This document shows, piece after piece, positions 9,918-20,989 of a stretch of DNA of 22,977 nt. The position numbers and the translations under genes were made by a program. Source of the stretch: Octopus sinensis (taxonomy: Eukaryota); contig NW_021836697.1 of NCBI RefSeq assembly GCF_006345805.1, positions 1-22,977 on the forward strand, written 5' to 3'. The stretch's first letter is position 1. Each line of letters starts with the position of its first letter. The notes beneath the pieces were generated by a model, which saw nothing but the letters and a program-made list of their open reading frames with translations, was not told where the DNA came from and did not search any database.

Positions 9918-12875
9918 GAATTGCCCGTCTCCCAGCCTAGATCTCTGCTTGATCCAATTACCAATACCCGTTAAGGATATTAATTGCGGAAGGTAGAACC
10001 GAACGTGCGGTGACCACACCTGCTCTCCATCCATGTAAAGCCAGAGGCGCCTCAACCCTAACGCGAATTTTCGCATCCTCAGCCAAGGCATCCCTAGCCC
10101 ACCATTTAGCAGTTTCTGACAGCAGACAGTGCGCTTCAGGAGTGGCTTTCCTCCCTTCCACAAAAAGTGGAAAAGGATTCTCTCCAACTTGTTCAGTCAC
10201 AAATCGGGGCAAGGCACCACGGTCAGACGGTAGGTGATAACCGATGCTATAAACATCTGCACCACCTCTGTCTTTCCTAGCAAGGATCACGCCCGCCCAA
10301 ACCAGGTCTGGGTTAGGGCAGTCACCTTGCTGGCCGCCTCACTCCAATTTATTTCTATCTGAAGGTCTGGCCCGAACTAGACTCCGAGCACCTTAACAGG
10401 ACCTTCCGTCCAACGCCCCACGATGTTATTGGACGGCATCGGCTTGCCCCTCCAGGTGCCGAGCTGCAAACCAATTGACTTGTCCTTGTTAACCTTTGCT
10501 CCTGCCACCGCCTCGTAACTTTGATAGCCTCTTCCACCACTGGAAGCTGGCCATCATCCGCTGCGATGATGGAGATGTCATCCGCGTACGTCGTAGCTCC
10601 TCTTCCACCCCATAGATCTTGCGGTGCGCCCCCTAGTGCCTCCAACATCCGCAATAATGACTCGAAAGCCAGCACATACAAAAGCGGGGATAGGGGACAC
10701 CCCTGACGCACTGAGCGTTCGATCCTAAATGGCTTTGAAAGGAAACCATTTACTCTTACGACGGACTCGATGTCGCTGTACAACGCAGCAATCCAACCGC
10801 GGAAGGTCGGGCCCAGACCAGCCTTCTCGAGGACCACCGCCAAGTACCGATGGTCGACCCTATCGAATGCCTTAGACTGGTCTAAATGTACCAGTGACCC
10901 ACCCGAACCAGAAAGCTTCCCCACCCTCTCTAAGGAGTAGCGTATAAGGTGGAGATTGTCGTGGATCGTCCTGCCCGAGATAGGCACGTTTGCGGTTCCC
11001 GACAAGTTTGTCCACGACCCGCGCCTACCTTTTCGCTAGCATCTTGGCCAAAATCTGTGTTCAGCAGAATTATGGGCCTGAAGTTCCCTATCTCGTCCCC
11101 CTTGCTCGAGTCCTTCTTGATCAACGTCACCCCACCCCTCGATTTTCAGACTTGGGAATTCTCCCATTCTGCTGCCAATTGGCGTAGACGCTGGCCAGCA
11201 GGTGCCCGAACAAGTCTGGCATAGTTTTGTAGAATTCATAAGGCAGACCATCGAGACCCGGCGCTTCTCCACGGGGTATTCGCCCAGTACCTCGATTACC
11301 TCCTCGGCCGTGATTGGTCCTTCACAGCACTCAGCCTCTCGTGCCGAGAGACGCAGGCCGCCAGACAGGAAGTCCCTAAGGGCCTCGCCATGATCCAGCG
11401 CCCCGCCACTCCCAAACAACTCGACAAAGTGCTTGTGAATCGCCTCACACATCTTGTCCCGTCCATCGACCGAACACACATTGTCATCCACGAGGGACCT
11501 AATTGTGGCATCATTACCACGCTGCGTTTCTACCGTACGGGCCCATCCGGCAACATTAATCCCCTCACGGCCCAATGCGCGCACTTTTGCCCGAACTCTG
11601 CACTCCTCATGTTTGGCTTTGAGGTGATGGTCCAAGACCGTACACGCTGACGAAATGTGAGATGCAGAGCCCAACCTCAGCGCCTCCTCTAGGTCCTTAA
11701 CTAGTTGCCCTTCTATTCTGGCTTTATCTAGTCTTAGCTGACGGCTAAACCTAATAGAATCAAAACGAATGGCACTCTTCAGGGCGATCCACCATCGGTT
11801 ATTAACCACCACGCCGGTTAACGCCCTCTGTACTAATTCCTCAATCCGGCTACGGTATGCCTCGCAAGTCAAAATAGACTTGTTCAGCTTCCAGTAGCCG
11901 GATCCTCTCTTAACTGTACTATCTATGTCCAGTCTACACTTAACCATTCTGTGGTCAGTGTATACTACCTGGACAAGCTGTGGACAGCTAAAACTAGACT
12001 TATCTCCAATTCTTATCACTATCCTATCTAAATAGGACTTGAACCTTCCGTTGCCACTCATCCAGGTCCACTCTGGGACGTTTGGATGGTCAAGTCTGTA
12101 ACGATCTGCCAACTGAAACTGCTTGAGTAGATCCACGAGACGTGAGTTTACTTTCCTATAGATCGAGTCAACGCTATCGATGCGTGCATCAACAATAGCG
12201 TTATAGTCACCTAACACCACTAATGTCTTCGACGTCAAGAGAAAGTTCTCTAGGCGCCGATAAAAATCAGTATGAAATCCTCTAGCACAAGGTGCATAGA
12301 TTCCGATCAACCCGAAGGCCTTATTACTGTATGTCACATCAAGGACGACCAGCCCACCTTCTGGGTCTACATAGACTATACTTGTCTGCAGAGCCAAGCC
12401 TTTTCGAACCAGTACTACTACACCCCTCGCCCTCCGGTCCGGCTAGGAGACATGATTTTCTCATAGTCATTCAGGAGGGGCGAGAAGGCCTGAAGACTGT
12501 CCAGCTTGGTCTCTGTAGCAACAATCACATGCATATCTGTTTCTTTATTACCCACAAGGGGCTAAACACAGAGGGAACAAACAAGGACAGACAAACGGAT
12601 TAAGCCGATTACATCGACCCCAGTGCGAAACTGGTACTTATTTAATCGACCCCGAAAGAATGAAAGGCAAAGTCGACCTGGGCGGAATTTGAACTCAGAA
12701 CGTAATGGCAGACGAAATACCGCTAAGCATTTCGCCCGGCATGCTAACGTTTCTGCCAGCTCGCCGCCTTAATCACATGCATATCGTGTGATCTGAGTTC
12801 GTCGAGGAAACAAGCTTGCTTCCACTTCGAGCTCAGACCACGCACATTCAAACACCCAAGGTTAAGTGCAGTCAT
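9918..12875 (-). mobile_element. L1/Tx1-clade LINE ORF2 (APE endonuclease + RT), frameshifted, 3'-truncated
   Basis: ATG at 12875: MTALNLGCLNVRGL...VIVATETK, then IYAP, VLGDYNA, SYLDRI, YTDHRMV, GYWKLN, NFRPIILLN, LDQSKAFDRVDH, VRQGCPLSPLLY, YADD, FHFLWKG, GGLGMP. Confidence 0.95.
12538..12770 (-). mobile_element. Full-length tRNA-derived SINE (family B, 233 bp) inserted in L1 ORF2
   Basis: Flanked by a perfect 15-bp TSD AATCACATGCATATC (12523-12537 and 12771-12785). A-box-like TGGCAGAAACG and B-box-like GAGTTCAAATTCC. Other copies at 14376-14788 and 22909+. Confidence 0.93.
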
Positions 12876-12904
12876 TTAAAACAAAAGAAAAGCAAGGGTT
12901 CTAC

Positions 12905-13308
12905 TTACCCTTTGACCTTTTCTTTTGTTGGTGATGCTGGGGCTGACCTCACCACACGTGAGGCAGTCCTTTCCTCCTGCTCCTTCAAAAACTCCTTCAA
13001 GTACCGCGGAAGGTCCGGGATGTTCGTGATGGTCCTCGGATGCCTACCCTTCATTTCTTTATACAGTTTTTCCGATATCCACTCACATCTCTCTTCCGTG
13101 CCTTCGGGCTGCTGCAACAGCTCCGCGGTGTGGTACTTTTTTAAAATGTCCGTAATATATTTATCCCTGGTATCAAACTTTACCAGGGTTTTTGTTTCGC
13201 CTTTGTTCTTTTTTATTTTCTCTTCAGGGACACAGGAGCGGGACCTTTTTTTTTTATGTGGTGTGGTGGGTTTTTCTTCTATTTTCTTTGTTGGAGATAT
13301 GAATGGGG
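12905..13308 (-). mobile_element. Probable C-terminal part of L1/Tx1 ORF1 (K/E/R-rich)
   Basis: Open frame ending in TAA 30 bp upstream of the ORF2 ATG on the same strand. Its 5' side is cut by a SINE stub and (TA)n. Assignment is positional, with no diagnostic motif. Confidence 0.65.
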
Positions 13309-13397
13309 AACTTACCACTCAGCCACTCCGTGCCTATATATACTTATACATTACATATAATATATATACATACATACATATATATATATAATATATA

Positions 13398-13438
<41 letters not shown>

Positions 13439-13511
13439 TAATTAACATATATGTATGTATGTATATATAATATATATATGTATATGTATAATACACATAT
13501 ATGTATGCATG

Positions 13512-13543
<32 letters not shown>

Positions 13544-13721
13544 TATACGGCGGGCTTCTTTCAGTTTCGTTTACCAATCCACTACAAGGCTTGGATCGTC
13601 CCAAGGCTATAGTAGAAGACACTTGCTCAAGGTGCCACGCATTGGGAATGAACCGGAACCATGAGGTGGTAAAAAAGCTACTTACCACACAGCCACCTCT
13701 GCGCCAATATATATATATATC

Positions 13722-13765
<44 letters not shown>

Positions 13766-13870
13766 TATATATGTCTATATATATATAATATACACACATA
13801 TACATATAATGTATTGTGCAAATTCTAAAGGAGTGTATATATATATCTATATATATATATATATTATATA
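13309..13870 (-). mobile_element. SINE family A heads (about 13310-13338 and 13548-13707) embedded in long (TA)n-rich tracts
   Basis: Reverse complement of the family A head (CTTACCACACAGCCAC, GAACCGGAACCATG, TTTCAGTTTCGTTTACCAATCCAC). Confidence 0.85.
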
Positions 13871-14290
13871 CACCCACATACACACCGTTAGCCTTGCAGA
13901 AAGATGAAAATTTAAGGGGCGGCATAAATTTGATGGTGTCAAAGACCGCTTTTTGATCGATACTCTACCTTTATCAGGGTCCGTCAGATCAAAGCAACAC
14001 ACAATTCTGAGGTGTAAAGGAAAAAAAAAGAAAACCCCGATGAACCCCGACAAAAATTATTTCAACTCACTTCCGTTCTTTCAGCTGGTCACCGCCCCCA
14101 TTCTCACTAATGGCTTCTTAACAGGCACCTGGTCGCTGAGAAACGGAGAAATGTTAATTAACTGAGGCCCAGGTGTGAGGGCGAAAAGCAGCCATTACGG
14201 GGGGCAAAGAATTATTGTAAATATGTAAATGAAAATCCTAGATCAGGGGCCGGGGGACGTTTTAACCAGTCACCCCAAGGTATTGTGTCA

Positions 14291-15004
14291 TTCTTTAATA
14301 TCTTTCAGTCATTCAACTGCGGCCACGCTAGAGCGACGCGTTTTAGTCGAACAAATCGACACCAGGAGTTATATATTTCTTTACTACCCACAAGGTGCTA
14401 AACACAGAGGGGACAAACAAGGACAGACAAACAGATTAAGTCGATTACATCGACCCCAGTGCATAACTGGTACTTAATTTATCGACCTCGAAAGAATGAA
14501 AGGCAAAGTCGACCTAGGCGGAATTTGAACTCGGAATGTAGCGGCAGACGAAATGCCTGTTTCTTTACTACACACTAGGGGCTAAACACAGAGAGGACAA
14601 ACAAGGACAGACAAATGGATTAAGTCGATTACATCGACCCCAGTGCGTAACTGGTACTTATTTAATCGACCCCGAAAGGATGAAAGGCAAAGTCGACCTG
14701 GGCGGAATTTGAACTCAGAACGTAACGGCAGACGAAATACGGCTACGTATTTCGTCCGGCGTGCTAACGTTTCTGCCAGCTCGCCACCAGCCTTGTACTT
14801 ATTCAGCCTGGTACTTTTTCTACCGGGCCCTTTTTGCTGAACTGCTAGTTAACGGGGGACGTAAACACACCAAAATCGGCTGTCAAGTGATGGTGGGTGT
14901 ACAAACACACACAACATACATACATACATACATAACATACATACATACATACATACATACAAAATACATACATCATACATATATAATATATATATATATA
15001 TATT

Positions 15005-15059
<55 letters not shown>

Positions 15060-15219
15060 CGATGGGCTTCTTGCAGTTTCCGTCTACCAAATCCACTCTC
15101 GAGGCTTTGGTCGGCCAGAGGCTATAGTAGAAAACACTTGTTAAGGTGCCACGAAGTGGGACTGAACCCCGAACCATGTGGTTGGTAAGCAATCTACTTA
15201 ACACAGCTCTCCTACGCCT
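14291..15219 (-). mobile_element. Full SINE family A copy with internal microsatellite, tail interrupted by a family B dimer
   Basis: Head 15059-15219, internal (TA)/(CATA) 14905-15058, tail 14790-14900 resuming at 14291-14372. Confidence 0.85.
14376..14788 (-). mobile_element. Tandem pair of SINE family B (14557-14788 near-full, 14376-14556 5'-truncated)
   Basis: Both align by eye to 12538-12770. Confidence 0.92.
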
Positions 15220-15247
15220 ATGTGTATATGTATATTTATAAATATAT

Positions 15248-15278
<31 letters not shown>

Positions 15279-15375
15279 GCACACATATACATATATATAC
15301 ACATATATATACATACATATATATGCATATAATATGCATATATATATGTATATATATGTATATATATATACATAT

Positions 15376-15727
15376 AAGCGTTGGAGTGGCTGTGTGGTAA
15401 GCAGATTGCTTACCAACCACCTAGTTCCGGGTTCAGTCCCATGCATGGCACTTTGGACAAGTGTATTCTACTTTAGTCTCGGGCCGATCAAACCATCGAA
15501 AGTGGATTTGGTAGACGGAAACTGAAAGAAGCCCGTCGTATATATGCATATGTATATATGTTTGTGTGTCTGTTCATCAACTCGCCATCGCTTGACAACC
15601 GATGGCGTTTTACGATCTGTAAGCTAGCTGTTCGGCAAAAGAGACCGCTAGAATAAGTACTAGGCTTACAAAGAATAAGTCTTGCTCAAGCATGGCCGCA
15701 GGCAAGTGATTGAATCAAATAAAAGAA
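15376..15727 (+). mobile_element. SINE family A copy
   Basis: GGAGTGGCTGTGTGGTAAG...GGTTCAGTCCC...GGAAACTGAAAGAAGCCCGTCG-(TA/TG)-...GAATAAGTACTAGGCTTACAAAGAATAAGTC...GCATGGCCGCAG. Confidence 0.9.
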
Positions 15728-15756
15728 TATATATGGTAGCTTAGGGTTATCTCTCA

Positions 15757-16760
15757 CCGGTTGGATTTCGCGGTTGTGGTCATGAATGGATTACCGGTAA
15801 TAGATATCTTTGTGGTGGTCATGGTTGGACAGTCGGTGATAGATATATTGGTGGTGGTCATGGTTGGGTTACCTGTAATAGATGTCTCAGTGGTCGTCAT
15901 GGTTAGATTGCCGGGCATAGATGCCTTGGTGGTAGTCATGGCTGGATTGCCGGGGATAGATATCTTTGTGGTGGTCATATTTAGATTGTTGGGGACTGAT
16001 GACTTGGTGGTAGTCATGGCTGGATTGCCGGGGATAGATATCTTTGTGGTCGTCATGGTTGGATTTCCAGTGGGGGATATCTCGGCGGCAGTCGTGGTTA
16101 GATTGCCGGGGACAGACGATTTGGTGAAAATCACGGCTGGATTCCCGGGGATAGATATCTTTATGGTGGTCATGGCTGGATTGCCGGTGGGAGATATCTC
16201 GGTGGTGGCCATGGTTAGATTGCCGGTGACAGATGTCTTGGTGGTAGTCATGGTTGGATTGCCGGGGATAGATATCTTTGTGGTGGTCATGGTTGGATTG
16301 CCGGTGGGGGATATCTCGGTGGTGGCCGTGGTTAGATTGCCGGTGACAGATGTCTTGGTGGTATTCTTGGCTGGATTGCCGGGTTTAGATATTTTTGTGG
16401 TGGTCACGGTTGGATTGCCGGGGATAAATATCATGTGGTGGTCATGTTTAGATTGTCGGGGACTGATGACTTGGTGGTAGTCATGGCTGGTTTGCCGGGG
16501 ATAGATATTTTGTGGTAGTCATGGTTGGATTGCCAGTGGGGGATATCTCGGCGGTAGTCGTGGTTAGCTAGCTGGGAACAGACGTTTTGGTGGTAGTCAT
16601 GGCTGGATTGCCGGGGAGAGATATCTTTGTGGTGGTCATGGCCTTATTGCCGGGGATAGATATCCATCACGATGGTCACGGTGGTATTGTCGATACTAGA
16701 TATCGTAGGTGATCACCACGGTGGGACCGTCAGTGGTAGATATCGACAGTGATGGCCATG
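15757..16760. repeat. 39-bp minisatellite (~25 units) with 117-bp higher-order trimer; open reading frames on both strands
   Basis: Unit ~GGTGGTCATGGTTGGATTGCCGGGGATAGATATCTTTGT. The minus frame 15754-16434 gives 13-aa Thr-rich repeats GNPTMTTTKISIP. Confidence 0.92.
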
Positions 16761-17073
16761 ATCAAAATGTAGTCGATATATATCGTAGGTGATTGTCACG
16801 GTTGGATTGTCGGTGATGGCCATGGTCGGATTGTAGTCGATATATATCGTAGGTGATTGCCACGGTTGGATTGTCGGTGATGGCCATGGTTGGATTGTAG
16901 TCTATATATATATATATATCGTAGGTGATTGCCACGGCTGGATTGACGGTGATGGCCTTGGTCGGATTGAAGTCGATATATATATATATATATATATCGT
17001 AGGTGATTGCCACGGTGGGATTGTCGATGATGGCCATGGTCGGATTCTATTCGATATATATATATATATATAT
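16761..17073. repeat. ~60-bp + (AT)n composite minisatellite, first block
   Basis: ATCGTAGGTGATTGCCACGGTTGGATTGTCGGTGATGGCCATGGTCGGATTGTAGTCGAT(AT)n. Confidence 0.95.
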
Positions 17074-17467
17074 ACAAATTGAGATAGGGGTTGTAAATGC
17101 AACCCTCCATGGGATAACATATATCCAATATACTGCCAGTAAAGCACCCAACAAAGTTAATACATAAATGTTAAGAATTGCGATGCAATTAATTCATTTA
17201 CTGTATTATATGGGCAAAGGTAAAATGTTTTACCACAAATTAATAATACAAAATAAGAAAATGGAGAAATACATCTTAATCAATAATCGACTACTAGTTA
17301 ATACCCATTCACATAATTTATTAACCAACTACATATGAACATCAAGGTCAAACATAATAGTACACAAGAAAATAGTGCACATCAATGAGTAATATGATAC
17401 AATAAGTACAATATGTATAAATAAATATATATAAATATAAATAAATATAAGTATAAATATAAACTAT

Positions 17468-17594
17468 ATCTTACAGCTGTTTCAGCCATGTAGCTATGAG
17501 TATCTCATTATGCTCATATTAGCCAGGTGTGATAAGTTAATATGTGGTTATAAATGAGACACTTACAAATATATCCCAAGGCCTCTTCAGAGAT
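17468..17594 (-). ncRNA. Type I hammerhead ribozyme motif with minimal palindromic stem III and 92-nt loop II
   Basis: Minus strand: AUCU-CUGAAGA-GGCC-[92 nt]-GGCU-GAAA-CAGCUG-UA-AGAU. All core nucleotides present; stem I 4 bp (extendable past a bulge), stem II 4 bp with a G-U closing pair, palindrome ACAGCUGU, triplet GUA. Confidence 0.78.
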
Positions 17595-17706
17595 TATAAA
17601 GTACAATCTAAATATGAATATCAGAGAAGGTACACCTATACAAGAATGAGTTCATATACATAATATATAATATACACATACATATAAGAGTACATACAGA
17701 TGCACC

Positions 17707-17745
<39 letters not shown>

Positions 17746-17780
17746 CGCATTTACATAATAATATAAAATAATATACATAT

Positions 17781-17946
17781 AGGCGCAGGAGTGGCTGTGT
17801 GGTAAGTAGCTTGCTAACCAACCACATGGTTCCGGGTTCAGTCCCACTGCGTGGCATCTTGGGCAAGTGTCTTCTGCTATAGCCCCGGGCCGACCAATGC
17901 CTTGTGAGTGGATTTGGTAGACGGAAACTGAAAGAAGACTGTCGTA

Positions 17947-18043
<97 letters not shown>

Positions 18044-18260
18044 ATATGTTTGTGTTGTCGTGTTTTTGTCCCCTAGCATGCTTGACAACCGATCTGGTGT
18101 GTTACGTCCCCGTCACTTAGCGGTTCAGCAAAAGAGACCGATAGAATAAGTACTGGGCTTACAAAAAATAAGTCCTGGGGTCGATTTGCTCGACTAAAGG
18201 CGGTGCTCCAGCATGGCCGCAGTCAAATGACTGAAACAAGTAAAAGAGTAAAGAGAAAGA
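17781..18260 (+). mobile_element. Full-length tRNA-derived SINE family A with internal (TA)n(TG)n
   Basis: A-box-like TGGCTGTGTGG, B-box GGTTCAGTCCC, internal microsatellite 17945-18045, A-rich tail GTAAAAGAGTAAAGAGAAAGA. Confidence 0.93.
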
Positions 18261-18859
18261 TACATATATATAATGTTACAGTTAGTCAAATCAATATATA
18301 TAATATTTATATTATAATATAAAAAAAAACATATCCATATGCTAATGTACATGTACAAAGTCAAGAGTTCATTATATTAAGTTACAAAATACCATTATTA
18401 TTATTATTATTATTTGGTTTGAAAATATATTGAATATATATATGTATATTCTGATATATACACGGTTTTTGATCTTCATGGAATTTTCCATTGGTGTCGG
18501 GCGTATACACACATCATATCTTAGGCTGTTGGTTTGGGACTTTGATATACTGATACCTAACTAGTTTGGGTCTATATTTACTATACGGTGTTTACATTTG
18601 GATAAGTATGTGTATATATATTTACTTATATTTTGTGTGTATGTGTATGTATATGTAAGTATGTATATGTATATTTATGTATATGTATATGTATATGTGT
18701 TAGTATATGTGTTTGTCTACGCATGCATGTGTATACTTATGTGGATATATGTGATTGTATATGTATATATATCTTCCTTGTGGGTCTTCCCATGTATTTG
18801 CTTGGTAGTTGATTATTGATTATTGATTAAGGTGTATTTCTCCATTTTCTTATTTTGTA

Positions 18860-18925
18860 TATATATATATATCGTAGGTGATTGCCACGGTTGGTTTGTC
18901 GGTGATGGTCATGGTCGGATTGTAG

Positions 18926-18962
<37 letters not shown>

Positions 18963-19325
18963 TAGGTGATTGCCACGGTTTGTTTGTCGGTGATGGTCAT
19001 GGTCGGATTGTAATCGATATATATATATACATATATATATATCGTAGGTGATTGCCACGGTTGGATTTGTCGGTGATGATCATGGTCAAATTGTAGTCGA
19101 TATATATATGTATATATATATGTATATATATATCGTAGGTGATTGCCCCATTTGGATTGTCGATGATGGCCATGGTCGGATTGTAGTCGATATATTATAT
19201 ATATCGTAGGTGATTGCCACGTTTGTATTGTCGATGATGGCTATAGTCGGATTGTAGTCGATATATATAAATATATCGTGATTGCCTCAGTTGGATTGTC
19301 GGTGATAGTCATGGACGGATTGTAG

Positions 19326-19373
<48 letters not shown>

Positions 19374-20610
19374 ATATATATTAGCGTAGGTGATCTCCAC
19401 GGCTGTAATGTCGGTGATGGTCATGGTCGGATTGTAGTCGATATGTACATATTATAGTCGATATATATCGTAGGTGATTGGCACGGTTGGATTGTCGGTG
19501 ATGGTCGTGGTCTGATTGTAGTCGATATATATCGTAGGTGATTGCCGTGGTTGGATTGTCGATGATGGCCATGGTCGGATTGTAGTCGATATATATATAT
19601 ATCGTAGGTGATTGCCACGCTTGGATTGTCAGTGATGGCCATGGTCGGATTTTATGTCGATATATATATATATCGTAGGTGATTGCCACGGTTGGATTGT
19701 CGGTGATGGCTATGGTCGGATTGTAGTCGATATATATATACGTATCGTAGGTGAATGTCACGGTTGGATTGTCGGTGATGGCCATTGTCGGATTGTAGTT
19801 GATACATATGTGTATATATATATATCGCAGGTGATTGCCGTGGTGGGATTGTCGGCGGCGGCGTTCTATGTCGGTATGTATCTGTTAGAACGGCGGCGGC
19901 GGATAGCTGTTTGTAAACAACGAGTGCTTCCTCTGTTCGGAGGCGGCGGCGTTGAATCGACGGGGGGCGGCGGCGGTGGCAGCCGTCGTGTAAAACAGCA
20001 GCAGCCGCGGTAGCAGCAGTCGAAATAATTTCTGTGTGACGGTCATGGTTGTATTGTAGTCGATACATATGTATATAAATATATATATGTATATACATAT
20101 ATTATGTATCGTACGTGATAGCCACTATTGGATTGTCGGATACATATATATATATATATGACAATCCAATCGTGGCAATCACCTACGATTTATATATATA
20201 TATATATATATATAAACATATATACATATATACGTATGTATCGACTACAATCCGACCATTACCATCACCGAGAATCCATCCAACCGTGGACATCACCTGC
20301 AATATATATATATATATATCGACTACAATCCGACCATGACCATTACCGTCGATATCTACCACCGACAATCCCACCGTGGCAATCACCTACGAGATATATA
20401 TATATCGACAACAATCCGACTATGGCCATCACTGACAATCCAACCGTGGCAATCACCTACGATATATATATATATCGACTATAATCCGACCATGGCCGTC
20501 ATCGACAATGCAACCGTGGCATTCACCTACGATATATATATACATATGTATCGACGTATATATATATATATATATATATATCGTAGGTGATGGCCACGGA
20601 AGGATTGTCG
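18860..20610. repeat. ~60-bp + (AT)n composite minisatellite, second block, with an inverted sub-block at about 20160-20555
   Basis: Same unit as 16761-17073. Units at 20160-20555 read as the reverse complement (GACAATCCAACCGTGGCAATCACCTACGAT). Confidence 0.95.
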
Positions 20611-20989
20611 GCTGTTTGTAAACAAACGAGACGGCTTCCTTTGTTCGGAGGAAGCAGCCGTAGTGTAATCAGCAGCTTCGGCCGCGGCAGCAGCAGCAGC
20701 CGGTCTAATTTCTGTGTGAAGGTGACGCAGGTAAGGTTCCCACGATAATGGAAGCGCCCTGCTTCTATAATACAAACCGCGCCGCCGCAAACAGCAGCCG
20801 CCGACACCGCCGCCGCCGCCCTCACCCGCTGACCCGTCTCCATCCCCAACGCACACATATACACATGCACACGCTTCGCCCTCCTCCTCCTCCACCGCAT
20901 TCGCTCTCCCCCTCCACCCTCTTCGCCTTCTCTCCACGCATCCACTACCTTCCCCTGTTTTTTTCTTTTTTTCTTTCTTCCACCGCCCA

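Noticed and set aside
13870-14290. Non-repetitive stretch, possibly the 5' part of the L1
   Set aside because: No motif could be recognised in any frame, so it is left uncalled.
13404-15525. Many ORFs rich in YIYIYI
   Set aside because: Translations of (TA)n tracts and SINEs. The same applies to similar ORFs at 16762-20590.
17781-17860. tRNA gene
   Set aside because: A/B boxes continue into SINE body, there are multiple diverged copies, and no convincing cloverleaf was seen.
18459-18482. CACGGTTTTTGATCTTCATGG resembling a fourth hammerhead remnant
   Set aside because: Both core segments are mismatched and there are no stems.
18860-20610. CRISPR-like repeat/spacer appearance
   Set aside because: The spacers are only variable (AT)n, there are no cas genes, and the context is eukaryotic.
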